The position numbers were made by a program, and so were the translations under genes. From Eledone cirrhosa (Eukaryota), in the NCBI GenBank assembly GCA_964016885.1, contig OZ024743.1, positions 190,526,001 to 190,590,000 on the forward strand: a stretch of 64,000 bases of DNA. The letters are read 5' to 3'. Below are positions 1-14,436 of the stretch, in pieces. The first letter of the stretch is position 1. Each line of letters starts with the position of its first letter. The notes below the pieces were generated by a model that saw nothing but the letters and a program-made list of their open reading frames with translations, was not told where the DNA came from and did no database searches.

Positions 1-314
1 CAACTTTAGAGAAGTTATATATGCACAAATACAAATATGACATTGTTGGGATATACATACTTAATTTCTACATATAAATAATAAATATCTATATATCTAT
101 ATAAAAAGTAATTTTGCATATAAGAAGTAATTTTGTAGTTGCAAGTATGTCTCTATATTTTTCACTCACTCTTGCAACTACAAAATTACTTCTTATATGC
201 AAAATTACTTCTTATATAGAATATAGATATTTATTATTTATATGTTGAAATTAAGTATGTATATACCAACAATGTCATATATGTATTTGTGCATATATAA
301 CTTCTCTAAAGTTG
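1..314. repeat. Long inverted repeat (~145-bp arms, 25-bp spacer); left arm may continue beyond the window start
   Basis: 1-145 (caactttagagaagtt...gtagttgcaag) is the reverse complement of 171-314 (cttgcaactac...aacttctctaaagttg) with few mismatches. Confidence 0.9.
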
Positions 315-536
315 ATGGATTGGAATGATAATTCTTCCCCCCTCTTTCCTTCTCATATATAAATACAAGAATAGGAAATATGCAGCAACCAACATACAAA
401 ATATATCTATTTAGCAAACAAAGTAAATTCTATAGCATCTCTCGAGCCGCAAGAAACATTATCCAAACCTCTCTCAAATAACACTCTGCAATCTTGAAAT
501 GGGGATGAAAACATCTTGTAACAAAGATCTAAATAC

Positions 537-722
537 GTGGATTGGCAGTATCGGTAGAGGGTCGGACGCCATGCTTTCCAGCATAGTTACGTCCCTTTAC
601 GATCTGAGTTCAAATCCCGCCGAGGTTGACTTTGCCTTTCATCCTTACGGGGTCGATAAAATAAAGTACCAGTAATGCACTGGATTTTTGATGGCCTTGT
701 GCCTAAAGTAGAAACAATTATT
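537..722 (+). mobile_element. tRNA-derived SINE with Nin/Deu-like central domain (family A)
   Basis: A-box-like tggcagtatcgg, B-box gagttcaaatccc, core gcctttcatccttacggggtcgataaaataaagtaccag; near-identical copies recur across the window. Confidence 0.85.
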
Positions 723-1097
723 TCTAAATAAATGATGGACTTGCTAGAGCTTAAACAAAAAAGCATATCTTTACAGCATAATATTTCAGGTTAAATTTCA
801 TATCAACTGCTTATAAGATAGACATATAGGAAAATTAAATTATTTTCTTTATTTCATCATGTCTAAGATTTTTGCAGGTCCCTGTAGACTTATAAGGTTG
901 ATGGTATATTCCCAGCTTGATTTGTGTTCAGAAACATTACAATTAGGATGAAAAGAATGGAATGAAAATGTTTGGTTGGCTGTTTTGAAGTACTTCATAC
1001 TAAATACAAGAGATGTCAATTGCAATAGTTTGTTCTCAAAGGAATAGGAGCCTTGAAATGCTTATATGATAACCATTTATGTAGGCATGGTCCCATT

Positions 1098-1136
1098 ACT
1101 CCTGATGAGTCGCAGTGACAAACAGCATATCTTGAG
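1098..1136 (+). ncRNA. Degenerate type I hammerhead-like motif
   Basis: ctc-CTGATGA-gtcg(cag)tgac-AAA(G12 missing)-cagcatatc-TT-gag; stems I and II pair, stem III poor. Confidence 0.35.
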
Positions 1137-2199
1137 CATTTAAAACCTGGCAGAGCCCATCCTCTCTCAAGGCCTGAACATAGCCAATTTCCTCTAGAGA
1201 TAATGAAACAGAGTGATAGAGCATAAGTGGGAAACAGATATAGATGGAAAATGTGCCCTGAACTGGACAGGTACATTTTTATAGAGCTTGAAAGGATAAA
1301 AGTCACAGTTAACTTCTGTGAGTTTGCATTTATTGTGCAGAAAACGAGAATGAATAAAATAAAGCATTCTATCTGAGATTCTAATGACTCTGTCTATTAG
1401 CCATCTGATATGCAGTTAGCAGTTCCTTAAACATTTAGTTCCCATGCAAAGGTCATTGAGAAAAACTAAAATATTCACTTGTATTTTACCACTGCAGAGA
1501 TAATGTTATATGAACTCTAAAGGGACTGGTGCTAAATGAATGGTAGATTATTCCTTTATAATTGTTGTTTGTAAAATATTATTATATTTACATATTTCTG
1601 CTGTATAAAATGTTTTCCTTTCTTTCAATCATCTCTATTATATTGTGATGGGTCCAAATTTATTGCAAATCAGGATCATAAGAATACAGATTAAATAAGT
1701 ACACCAATAAACTCCTAGTATGGAATAATCTGGACTTCAGCCGCTCAATTTATATGCATGTTTGAATCAGATCTTTAAAATATTTACAATTTTCAAGTTT
1801 CAATGTCTGCCATTTCCCCCATTTGTTCCCATACCATATGGTTAATTTGAACAGAAGTGTGGCTTAAACATCAATGAAATTCCCTATTAAGTTAGGTTTA
1901 GCTGGTATTTAGTTGTTGATAGAAAAGAACACTTCAAAGTCTATAGCTATCCACTAATTTTTCCAACACATTTAAACAACACATTTTGTTCAAAGGACTT
2001 GGTTTATGATACTCATTTATTTTCAAAACAAATAGCATTAACATTATTTTAATTGTGGCTTCCATTGATTATTCTTGTTTACTGAGAAGTATCCAGAATC
2101 AATCATAATATATGGTTGATTGTTATTATCTAGCCCTAGAGCAGACTTGACCGAGTAAATGTATGATCAAAGTCATTCCAGCAATGCTAATAGATATTT

Positions 2200-2530
2200 G
2201 TCATTATCATCATTATCATTTATGATATATGGTCCATGCTCACACTGGCTGTTATGTACTGTTCAGGTGACTACGTCTTGCTCATATGCTCTAATTGTGT
2301 CATGGGTTTTTTCAACTCAGTACTCTTTCTAACACCAACAGTTGTACAGGGACAATTATATCATGATGCCAACACTAATACTTTACAGCATTTACTGGGT
2401 GCATTTTGTTCTGGCACCAACAGAGTGGACTGGGTGATTTTTTTTGGGCATCAGTACTACCACTTTACAGGGTGGACTAGGTGCTTTTTGTCGTAGCACT
2501 CTCACTACCACTTTATAAAGTGGATACAAT
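2200..2530 (-). mobile_element. Diverged SINE family B copy (V/Meta-core-like)
   Basis: Similar to 8200-8480, including the ~40-bp accactttacagggtggactaggtgctttttgtc sub-repeats and an (ATC)n tail. Confidence 0.5.
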
Positions 2531-4680
2531 GCTTTTTTTTGTCTGTGCTTCTCCATTGCTAAAGTATTATGGGAAATTAGTGTGTATCTCATATTGGTTT
2601 TATTAAAAATTCCATTATAATTGTTCCTTTTCTCACAGCTGTTTCTCAGACATTTTCTTGTCAATCAGAATGACACATATTGACCTTTCCCACAAAATGA
2701 AATTGGATTTTTCTTGTTTATTTTGCTTCATTTCCAAATGACTCCATAGCTTTTATTGTTGGTGGTCCTTTGATGTAATGAATTAAGCAAAGCTATGAAA
2801 GTCCTTTATAACTATTCTGCACCCCAACTACCATGTCTTCGTTTGTTAAACCCTTATTGTTGTAGTTGCTTCCCCTACAATATTCCATATCTTAAAAGTT
2901 CAGATTTCAAGAAGTCTTTCTTATCAGTTGGTTTATGGATTACTTCAACTTCCTCAACTTATCTGCCTCAAGGATATCTATTAAGAGCACCTCAATTATA
3001 TAATCTCCTTCATAGAATAGAATCGTGTTGCCTAAGTATCTGAAAGACAAGAAAACTGTGACTTACATCAACAGGAAAAGGCAGAATAAATTTTAACTAT
3101 CCTAATATATGTTTTGATTTGAGAATTTTACATTTAATTTGAGTGCAGTCTGATTTCAAATCCAGTTGACATCAACTTTGCTTTTTATCTTTCCAATAAA
3201 GGACTAATCAAGTCCTTGAGTCAATATAATTGACTTCCCTCCTAGATTGCAGGCCCCCTGCCAAACTCAGGAATAGTTACTTACAATCACTATCATGATT
3301 ATGTCTTTTCATGTGAGCTTCTACTGCAATAGCATGTGCAAGTTTATGTTGTTGGTTTATGTGCCTCATTGAACATTTGGAGTGAATGATGGGGTTTGCA
3401 TGTTAGAACAAATTTGATTTGTTGTGTCACTTGTTTGATGTTTCTAATTTTACTTTGACGTTTCTTTATTTTTTAGAATATATTTATTTTTGATTGTTTG
3501 GTAGAGTACATACTATGTGATTATTTTTATAAAACCTTATTTGATGATGATTGCAGTTTTTAGTTGTGATATAGCAGAATATGTGTTGTGTGAATTTTGA
3601 TATAATGTGTAACATATGTATACTATAATAAAACTCACACAGCACATATTCCAGACATCATAATTACAAAATGTTGCCACCTTTGATGTAAATTGAGGAC
3701 GAACAGTTCTATCCTGGTTTTTTTATGTTATGAATACATAAAGCTACTATTCTCTTTGTGGTTAGAGGAAAATAAATAAAAGAAAATCTGATAAAACACG
3801 ACAAAATGCTAGAACATGTCAGGCTGTCTTCCATTTCTACAAGGCATAATGATACAAATATGTAATTTAACCCCAATAACCATTTTCAAAATGTGGCTAA
3901 AAATGTGTGTTTACTGAAACCACCTTCTTCAGAAAATTGTCTTAAATATTTGCTTCTTCAGAAAATTATCTTAAATATTTGCTTTATTTTAACGCGATTT
4001 ACTACTTCAATGTATTAGTTGATATGTTACAAACAATTATATTGTTACTTCCATTTAGGCAATCCAATTTAGTATTATTTCAGTTATGTATCTTATATCT
4101 TATTTACCTTAATACCATTCAGTGATCCTATTAATTAGGGAGTTAGAGATGTAGTAACTAGAATAATTATGAGGAATGCATGGTTTTATAAAACCAGACC
4201 AGTATTTGGTGTGTAAAATTTCAAGAAAACGTGAAACAAAGTGTACGAGAAAAAAAAAAGAGATTTATTGATTGATAGAGGGAGGAAGAGAATGGGAGAA
4301 TAGTTATGTGAGAGTGAGAAAGAGAATCAACTTGAAAGTTTCAGAATTATCAGCATTTGTTAATTTGCTTACTTTGCAATTATTTGGTCATCCTACCAAA
4401 TTTGTATGCAGGAACAAATTAACTCTAATTAACCATACCATCAGTGAGCTGACTATTTTTCAGAGTTCAGTAAATTTATTTACGTAGGTTTTCTGTCCAT
4501 TTCTGGCTGTAATCGTATGATAGTAGACTTGCTCAACAAGCTTTTAGTACCAGATCAGTTAGTTTTAATGTTACATGATAGTTTCAAGTGGGAATATCAG
4601 TACAACTTAAGTGAGCTGTACATTTAACTGAATTTTAAATCTGTACTTGATCTAAAGATTTTTATTATTCTTTCTATACA

Positions 4681-4800
4681 TTTGAGTTCAAATCCCGTCG
4701 AGGTTAACTTTGCCTTTCATCCTTATGGAGTCGATAAAATAAGGTACCAGTAATACACTGGGTAATTGCTGGCCTTGTGCCTAAAGTAGAAACAATTATT
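4681..4800 (+). mobile_element. SINE family A, 5'-truncated
   Basis: gagttcaaatcccg...gcctttcatccttatggagtcgataaaat...ggccttgtgcctaaagtagaaacaatta. Confidence 0.85.
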
Positions 4801-4859
4801 CTTTCTATATATTTGTTTTTATTGTGTGCTTTCACTGCACACCAATTACATTTCTGTGT

Positions 4860-5120
4860 ACGCACAGTTGTTGTGCTGGTGGTACAACAAAAAGCACCCA
4901 CTCTGCCTAGTATAGTGGTAGTGCTGGAGTCAAGATGAAATGCTCCAAGTACATGATGTAAAGTATTAGGAAGAGTATTCACTCATTTTGTTACAATCCA
5001 TCCATTCTATACAAATATGGAAAATAGATGTTAAACAGTGATGATGATGATGATAATGGTGATGATGATGATGACGACGATGACACCAAATAGATAATGA
5101 TGATGATGATGATGATGATG
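4860..5120 (+). mobile_element. Diverged SINE family B copy with (GAT)n tail
   Basis: gtattaggaagagtattc core remnant; atggaaaatagatgttaaacagtgatgatga tail matches the reverse complement of 8200-8250. Confidence 0.5.
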
Positions 5121-7527
5121 CTAAATAGATAATTCTAAGCTGCAAAGGAAACTTCTTGATCACACACTTGTACGTGTTTATCTTAACTGAAATACATGGC
5201 AAACTTATCTTAAACATTATGTTAGAAATAGAACTTCGCATCGATCATCTACATTTCTTCCTTAAACATCTCATACTACTAATATAATAATCATGACAAA
5301 ATTATTGTCATTTTCATTATGTTGTATTAAGGATTTTAATAAAAGGGATTTTATAAAGATAAATTTATTCATCTGCAGATGTGCATTTCTATCTTATATA
5401 TTTTAGATATCAAATATACAATTTTGTTATATTAATTCTATTAAATGTAGTTATATTTTGTTCATGTCTTCACCATTTTTGTACTATATGACCACTTGTA
5501 TACACACATATATATAAATATATATGCTATTATATACATATATGTGTGTATTTATTTACAATTATAGTTATATATTCACATATATACTCATATTCATATA
5601 TGTACATATATTTACTCTCACATATATACATATTGTTTAAAAATGTGCAGACAATTTAAAATATGTCATGTTATTTTTTAACTTAATCTAGAAAATTGTT
5701 CATGCATTGAAAACAATAGAAAACTCTATATGATAAATGATTTTCTAAATAGTTCATTAAGTGGAACTTTGAGAGCTTTCGCATTTTAAAATATTTCACA
5801 AGTTTTCAAAATACATAATAGCTTTCAATCAATGCATTCAGACATTTGATGTTCAGTCATTTAGAAAGTAAATGATTAAATAGACATAAACATTTGAAAT
5901 AAATATAAATTTTTCATCATACAATATTGTTAGCTGTGAATTAAATATTTGCTTTAAGGTTAAATTGCTAGACCATTGACAAATAGAACTAAAATCACAT
6001 GAGTTTAAACTTTAATATTGTTGTGATTGGCTGGATATAGATTGCTTTGAAGTAACCAACATTTCTCATATACAAATTCTTCCTGTTTTAGCAAAAGAAT
6101 CTTTTTATTCACACTACAGATTACAACAGCATTTAGAGCATTCCTGATGAGAATAAATAGAATTATTTTCCTTTAATCGTATGTACATAATCTAAAGACT
6201 AATTATACAATGAATCATTAAAGCTAATAATAACAGTCTTCAGAGAAAATGTATATTCATTTTGAATTTTCGGATTATTATGTTTTGTTCTTGAATAAAT
6301 TCTCAAGATTTTGATCAGTCAATATATTCAATGTATCTGTTTGTAATGAATGGATTGTTAATGGATGATAATTAAGGATGCAGATTTAGTCTTGAATGCA
6401 TTATAAGTTTGATTTATCCCACTAGCTTTATTTCTTGTATACTAGGTAGCAATGGCTTTGAATTATGTCCTGCTAATTGATCTCTCAGTAACTGATGAAA
6501 AACAAACATACCATCAATTCAAAATTGCAAAGATATTTAGGGCATGGGAGTCCCTCTCTGGTACATGAAAATAGAATAGAGATCACAAAATAATGAATGA
6601 TTGAGTTGTGCATGTCAGCTGGAAGTTTAGCTCAGATTAAATCTTTTAAACATTGTTCATAGTATACTTAGAAATTTGAAAATAATCCACTAATGTCTTA
6701 TAAAAGGGCAGAGCGAATAGATAATGTATTATTAGATATGTTATAAGTGAAAACCCTTGGAGTAGCCATGACTGGGACACTACCAAACATAAGAAAACTC
6801 GCCCCACAATTATCTGGATCTAAATAATATCATCATCAGTTTTTCATAACAACAACTGAGTACAACTCAGTCTGTCTATCTGTGTATAAGAACACTATGT
6901 CAATAGAGATCATAGTAGTTACTCAATGAAGGAGAGCAATCTTCTATAAATATTAATGATGTTTGCTTCTTAAATTTACAGTGCAATGTTGAATTATGTT
7001 TTATGAACTTTGGATAGATCCTGAAAGATCACTTCAGTTTGTTTTGTTAGAGTTGATGTTAAAAAACCTGGAGTTTAATCTTTATGGATATAATTCAGCT
7101 ATCAAAAAATATTTTAGAACCTTTGTAATATTAAATACATTAATCAATTATGTTGAGGATGGACATAGTAGAATGTATCAACTTTAATGTATATCAGATG
7201 CTTGTCGACTACACAATTGAAGAAATGAAAGGAAAAAGAGGCCTTAGTGGGATTTGAACACTGGATGTGGAAATTTGAATGCTAGTTGGATTTGAAGACT
7301 CAACCATGCTCCACAATCTACAGCTTTCTTTTAGAAAATGAATATTTTCTTTGTTAAGTGCATTTTCATCAGCTTTTATTATCCTTTTGATAATTGATTT
7401 AGTGTTCTTATGTTCAGGGACAAATGTTTGATTAATTATTTTATGAAAATATTGACTATTACTAAATTACTCAATGAAATAAATAACAATAGAAAGGTTC
7501 AGTATGCTTTTATGCAGTGAAAGACTA

Positions 7528-7630
<103 letters not shown>

Positions 7631-8199
7631 GGGGGCAGTTAATTTATAATCCAATAAAACTGATTTATATTTTGTGGCAATTTGCATAGCTTTAATGAAT
7701 TTGATATATAAGAACTGATGCAACTTTAAATTGAGATAAGGCTATATTACAACAGTCACCAAACTACTAAGTGCAAAATATTATATATGTTTTATTTTTC
7801 AATCAAATAGGACTACTGAAATAATTCCTTTTTTATCAGGTCCTGACATAACTTTTATTCATTTGTCACTCAGTAACAGGCTTTCAAGAAAAATTAATCC
7901 TAGATAGTTCATTATAATTCTTAAAGAATTACTGATTAATGGTGATGGTATTATGATATTTTTAAGAAAGTCGTGACATAACTGTTACTATTAGAAAACT
8001 AAATTAGCGAATATTAAATATAACTATATTTTCTGTGCAATGAAGATCTTAAAATTCTCTAGATGATTGTAAATCACATAATTCAAATTACTGAAAAATA
8101 GTTTTAATAGTATAATCGTCAATATTGCCTGCATCACTGGTATCATCATTGTCTCAATCGTTAGTATAATCCTATAATTGTTAATTTCTTCTGCATCAC

Positions 8200-8480
8200 T
8201 GTCATTATCATCATCATCCTCATCACCGTTTTACATCCATTCTTCCATGCTAGCATGGGTTAGACGGGTTGTCTTGTTGTGGGCACATGTCAGGTCGGGT
8301 GACCTTGTCTTGCTCATACGGGAACTGATTTTGGCTTGATTTTTACAGCTGGATGCCCTTCCTAATACCAACTTCATTTATAGTGAGTGCTTTTTTTCTG
8401 TGGCTCCTACACGACCACTTTACAGAGTGGGCTTGGTGCTTTTTGTCATGATACCTCCACGACCACTTTGCAGTGGGAGG
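8200..8480 (-). mobile_element. SINE family B (V/Meta-core-like, (TGA)n tail)
   Basis: Minus strand reads gttggtattaggaagggcatccagctgtaaaa (V/Meta-type core) and ends gcatggaagaatggatgtaaaacggtgatga. Confidence 0.65.
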
Positions 8481-9324
8481 GGATGCGGGCATATTGTCTA
8501 TATGCTTCAACTTCGGCTTGTTCCCATGGGAAGTTGGGTCTTCTGTATTAATGTTTGATGCTAGAGGTCACAGCCTTTGAGAGGTGCAATATGCCAAACA
8601 CAATATGCTTCACTATAAATATTACTATTATCAACCTCACCAACATGCAGTAACGTAGTGAGCCTCTATAGGGTCTTAAAACTTGCTAAAATTAAAAGCA
8701 AAATTGTTCTCAGAACACAGGTTTTCATAATAAAACTGGAAATACATATTAGAAAATGTTCTCCTGGATACATTATCTGAAAATAAGATCGCTGGAACAC
8801 TTCATGATACATCTGCTTAATGAAACCCTACCTGAGGCTAAGTAAGAACATCCTTCTTATTGTTTTCTCCTTCTCCGCCCACTCCTCATCATGATCATCA
8901 GCAACTGCATTAATATCAAGATTGTCATTGTCTTCAACTTCCCTATCATATTCATCATCAGTATGTATAAAAGGCATAAAAGAAAACACTGTGACTTTAT
9001 GTTATCTAATAGTTGTTATTTATTTCTAATTCCAAATCAGTTCTGATTCAGCAGCTCTCTGATCTAAAGCTTTCCACTTTCTACAATCTTGCCTTCATTT
9101 ATATCTCAGAATATAATATGTAATGTCGGTTTTGTTTTAAATTGGTAGGCCGTGATTTGTGATGACATTGCTACTATTTCTAACAGGCTGAATGGTTACT
9201 TAATATCACCCTCTTTTGCTCGAATAGATAGTTTTTGTTTCACCCCATATTATGCATGATTTAGCAGACCTAATATCAAAATCTTAGATTTTGTATATAT
9301 AGGAATACACAATACAACATTTAG

Positions 9325-9922
9325 ATAAGAAGCCTGGACACAACTGGCTTTCAATCTCAACTGGAGTCAGCAGGCCTAGACTGCGGAGATGGCAAGCACC
9401 CCAACGGAATCACCCTCTTCCCATTTGAAGGAGGTAGATCCCTCATCTGGAATGCCCCCTGCTGCGAGACGTCTCTGCTTCGAACTTAGTTGCTTCGGCC
9501 ACAAACCCCGGCAACACAGCCTGCCTCGCAGAAGAACTTAAAATAAACAAATACTGGGGATTTTCCAGCCGCTTCCTCTTCGCACCGGTCACCATTGAGA
9601 CCTCAGTACTGCCGAGCTCCTCCAATGATCGGAGTGTCAGTGGTCCATCTGAGAAGGGAACCCAGCGAGGTTGAGTGACTGTTGCAGCGGGTGTCACTTA
9701 CTGACTATCGTCTGGGAGAATGCTTTTGCCATCTTGTTAGCGGGACACAGCATTCTGCCCTCTTGCCCTAGGCCCAAAGCCCAATCACCCTCCCCTCTCT
9801 TTTGCGACACCAGAGCTCTTGCCATCCCCTCCCTTTCCCTCCTCTGTTTTTCTATATTTCCCTATTCTTTCTTTCCTTTTGTTCCCCCCCTTTTTTTATT
9901 ATTTCTATATTGAAAATAAACA
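9325..9922 (+). mobile_element. CRE-clade non-LTR retrotransposon 3' end (restriction-like endonuclease remnant)
   Basis: Translates IRSLDTTGFQSQLESAGLDCGDGKHPNGITLFPFEGGRSLIWNA, matching the CRE RLE motif DGKRPDGxTLxPWxxGRxLxWD; later AEELKINKY and ENAFAI motifs; pyrimidine-rich 3' UTR and AATAAA. Confidence 0.75.
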
Positions 9923-9989
9923 TGTATATATCACTATAGAATGTATTGTATCCTAATTAAAAGGTAAAATCTGATTGGAAGGAAGTTTA

Positions 9990-10530
9990 ACTGCTATATG
10001 TTGTAGGTTAAAAGACAGTGTTGAGGTCTTACATCTTTGACAGTACTTGCATTGTGTGGTTAGTATTTCCCGGTTCCAGCATCTCTTGTTTTTTAGACAC
10101 CTTTCTCAGAGTCTTATCTGTTGCAAACTTTGTTAGTCTTTCCCAAATTAACACCACCTCTTGGCCATTGGATGCCTTTAATGGAGTTCACTTTGTTGTA
10201 TAATTTTAGATTTAGAATCCAGTCCAAGAATAATTTTCACCATTTCAAGATACCTCTCTATTTTCAGATGTCCCAAACAGGTGTCATCAAGCTTCTTTCC
10301 CTTTCTGATCTTGTTGAAAATAATTAATCATTTGATAAAACAAGCCAACTCCATTGAATACTTTTAGTTGAATTTCATCTGTTGCACATATTTGAACCAG
10401 CTCTCCGTTTTGAAGATGATTTGATTTATGAATGTACTGTACCCAATCATTGAGGCATGGTTTCCACATGTTTTTCATCTCAAGTAGTTTTGAGCTGTTG
10501 CACTTTCTTCTCTGTAAAGGTGATGGCAAT
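9990..10530 (-). mobile_element. Highly decayed R4/Dong-like LINE fragment
   Basis: Minus-strand peptides LKLYNKVNSIKGIQW and KTR...HNA resemble the post-RT region of R4/Dong elements. Confidence 0.35.
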
Positions 10531-11169
10531 GATAATGAATATAATGAGGATTTTATTCAATAGGGATCTAAAGCTACTCTCATAAAAGTGTTATGCCATT
10601 GTGCCTGTCTCCTGTGAATGTACACTTGAAAGAATATGGGTGTGTAGGTATAGTGGCATACTTGTGGTGCACAGTTATATTGTGTTGGAATGCATCAAAC
10701 TGCGATGAATGTCATATTAACATAAATAAATGAAGAAATGAATATAAAGCACCAGAAAGACAGTCAGTAATTTGGTGGGAAAATGTGAAAGAAGGATACA
10801 TATTCAGAAAGTGAGAAAGTCTGTGTAAAACTTGAAGAAAGTAGGGAGATTATATGAAAAAGGGGAATGAAGAATGTGGGTTTATTTAGGATATGCTTTA
10901 TAAATGTCAGGCATTTATTTCCAATTTGTCAGCTTACTTAATCCCAGATTTTTAACTGAAACCTTTAGTGCTTTAGTGAGATTGAAAAGAATTATCTCCC
11001 TGACTTGAAAGCCATTGCTAATACATTATGATGTCTGAACATGTACAATTGTCCAAATACATTTTTCACTTAAATAATCACTCACATTTATTGTTACTTT
11101 TGTTTTATTTTTTAAACATTGATTATTTTCTTTATACTTGTTTTGTTTTTGTTTTTTGATATTGGTAAA

Positions 11170-11620
11170 AGCAACAAAGAATTTATATCATCTAGAGAAG
11201 TACTCCCAAACTCTTGATAGAACTCAAATTCTTTTAGGCTTGTATAATTAAACTTGTAGGCAAACTCCTGTACATCCATTACCACCACTTGCCTAGCAGG
11301 AATATTAACAATTTTGGATATTAAGATAATAAAGTGGAACTGATAGGATATCAACATCCTTTGGAATGATATCTTGTGAAGGAAAATGATACATGGATTA
11401 CTATACTTGTTAGATACATAATTAAGTTGAAAAGCTACATCTATTTGTTAGAACGGCGGCAAGGAAGGCAGCTACAGTGTTACATAGTTTTTTTAGGAAT
11501 AACATACAAATCCTTCTCAAGTTACAATCTATCATGTTGGAAAAGAAGACAAATTCATTGGATAATGTAGTCAGATTTAACACCCACTTGTTGTCAATGA
11601 AAATTAATTATATTGATGAA
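11170..11620 (-). mobile_element. Highly decayed R4/Dong-like LINE fragment
   Basis: Minus-strand IP...SGGNG remnant of the LYxPRxxGGRG motif. Confidence 0.3.
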
Positions 11621-14401
11621 TATAAAAAAATTATGTGAACATACCTTATCATAGTATTATTATCACACATCAGTCACTGACAGACCATTTTCATCCTCAC
11701 TTCCTTCCTTGCTTTATAATTAGCGAAGATCATTAATATCCTTATCTATAATGCCATTGTATGCACTCAAGCATATTTGCATACTAATACATATAAAGGA
11801 TTCTCCAATTCTACACACTTTATTGAGTAGAGTAATCTGTAAACTATAGTACAAATGCACATATAGATGTGTTAAATATACGTCGTTTTTTTGGTATATA
11901 TTACAATTATATGAATTAAGAAAAATATTACACTCATTAATAGTGTAAGTTCACAATTAAGAACTTGTAAAATAATTGTTAGTCTCTTATTTTTGATGTG
12001 TAAATTTATTAAACTGAAAACAGATCTTAGTTGAAATGTTAAGATTTCCATACAAATCGAACTATAAAGTGATACTACATGTTGGGCACAAATATGTGTT
12101 TGTGGTGTCTGTTTTGTAGTGATAACAGTATTTTTACAAGTGACACAGAAACTGTCAGAGTTGAATTTGAATACATCATTAGAAGGTGAAATAAATATAG
12201 AGACTAGAAGGAATACAATTTAATTTTACAGATGTCCATTTAACATGTCTGGACAACTTCTTAATTAGTTTGCACGAATCTCATAAAATTCTTTGCCATG
12301 TAATTGAAAGATGTGTGAAAGCAAACAGCCTAATTAACACTAAGAATGATGAGAAGTTTTATCCTTATGACTGCCATTCTTCAAACAGATTGCACATCAA
12401 CATTAGGCAAGCTGAAAAGCTGATTCATTTTGGTGTTTCTTCAAATTTAATGCTGCTATTAAATATCATATTTCATTATCAATTTCAATGTTATTTTGTA
12501 TGTTTTTTTTTCCCTTAATGATCACAAGCAATTGTGAAAGCAATATGAAACTTAGCAACATTAAAACCATTAAAAATACAAAATTATATAACAACCACTA
12601 TCCCCCCCATATATTTAGAGCTAGAAATCTTGTTAGAGCAAACACAACACCCTCGCAATAAATGTATTAAGCTAGAGATTTAATTAGTTACAGAAACACA
12701 TTTCAAGTTTACTTTTATTTTTTCACTGTTCCTCTGTTGAAAGTATTTTGTTAAAATGTAATATGTGTGTGATGGAAATATTAACTTTTAAAACATAAAT
12801 TGTGAAAGCAAATTGCATTTAGATGTCAACAGGTCATATTAAAAAATCTGTTGCAGTCATTAATTAGATATATAGAAAATTTAATTGCAATTTATAGTCA
12901 TCAAATTTCACATAAACATCAAACTACCTGACACATTCACATACAACATTAGTCCTTGTGATCGATGTATATTATCTGAAACTGCTACATATTAGTAATC
13001 TGTAACACAGTATCTCTCTGCGTCATCTTGCATCAAATAATGTATTCCTTCATATAAAGTCTATTTGATACTGTGTTGATTGAAGGAGTAAAATAGAGCC
13101 ATGAAAATCTACAGAAATCTACAGGTCGACAGACATTATGATTATTATGTGTTGACTATAACTTATGCTTTCATCAAGCATTGTGATTGATGCACTATGT
13201 ATCCTGTTCCATCATCAGTGTGCTGTGCTCATCTGTAGTTGTATCACCACTGCCATTCAGCAGAATCTTGACTATGGTATAGGAATGAAGCTCATGATTT
13301 ATTTTGCTATAGGTCAGATTATTTTTAATTGCAGGAGATCTCCATAGGTTGATAACTGGGAATTCATGATTAGATTACATCAAACTTATAACTGGGAAGA
13401 ATGAATCAGGTCTAAGAAAGGATCCCCACGGAATGAGGTGGCTGATTCATCAGGTGTTCTTGGCTGTTCTCTGCTAGACACATCTCAGATATACCTCCTA
13501 AACTGGGGTGTTGAGTCTGCCGTCCAATCTTTCCACTTACATTCATTATATAATGTGTTCCTTTTCTTTCTATATTGCAAACCTTATATTATTTAATTGA
13601 ATAAAACTGTCCTGTTTTCAGACACATGAAATTAAATCCTTCCACATTTGACATTGTTGCCAATCCACCAGGATTGTTAAACTTATTACTTTGCATTTAA
13701 TCATGTCAAATCAATACTATTTCCATACATATCCCTGGTCTTGCACCAATGCATCACATTTATTGAAAAATAGTATCAATTTTTCCTTTTCAAGCTGTTA
13801 GGAAATGGTATTTATAAACATCTAGATATGACCATTTGATACCTTTGTAGCACTGAAATCAGAAACAGAATTACGAGGCGTGTACTGGGATCAATTTTGT
13901 TATCTACATACGTATTTGATAAAATTGTAGCTCAATACCACCTTAGAAAAAACATCTATAGAGTAGTCATGTTTTATAAATTTAGTGGGAAATATTGTGA
14001 ATGGTGTCTATTTACATCTAAATACACAAGACTAATGAGAGTTACGTGTCTTGATCAGGGACACATCTTTGGGCTGGTAATACAAACTATTGACCCCTCA
14101 GACAGGTGTCTGACATCCTATTGACTTCTCTGGGAAAATAATAAAATAATAACTATAATATTAAACTAAAATATCTGAAACCAACTATCAAGATAATATT
14201 CAATACCAAGTTATTTAATATCCCATTGACATTGACATATCTACTGAAGATAATATCCTATTCAAGAAATCTTACCGAGTGTGTTCTCTCACTGACAAAA
14301 TTGCTCAACTTATTGATTTTGATATATTTCATTAAAGGTTATCTTATCTACTCCAGAGATTTGTACATTTATTTCCAATATATTTTACACACACACACAC
14401 A

Positions 14402-14436
<35 letters not shown>

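Noticed and set aside
537-625. tRNA-like A and B boxes
   Set aside because: No cloverleaf, long box spacing and fused to a repeated SINE body; SINE head, not a tRNA gene
3925-3983. 29-bp tandem duplication (similar small ones at ~51003 and ~56298)
   Set aside because: Ordinary slippage duplications; two copies and no spacers, so not CRISPR-like
14240-14285. CTGAAGA-taatatcctattcaa-GAAA motif
   Set aside because: Stems I and III do not pair convincingly
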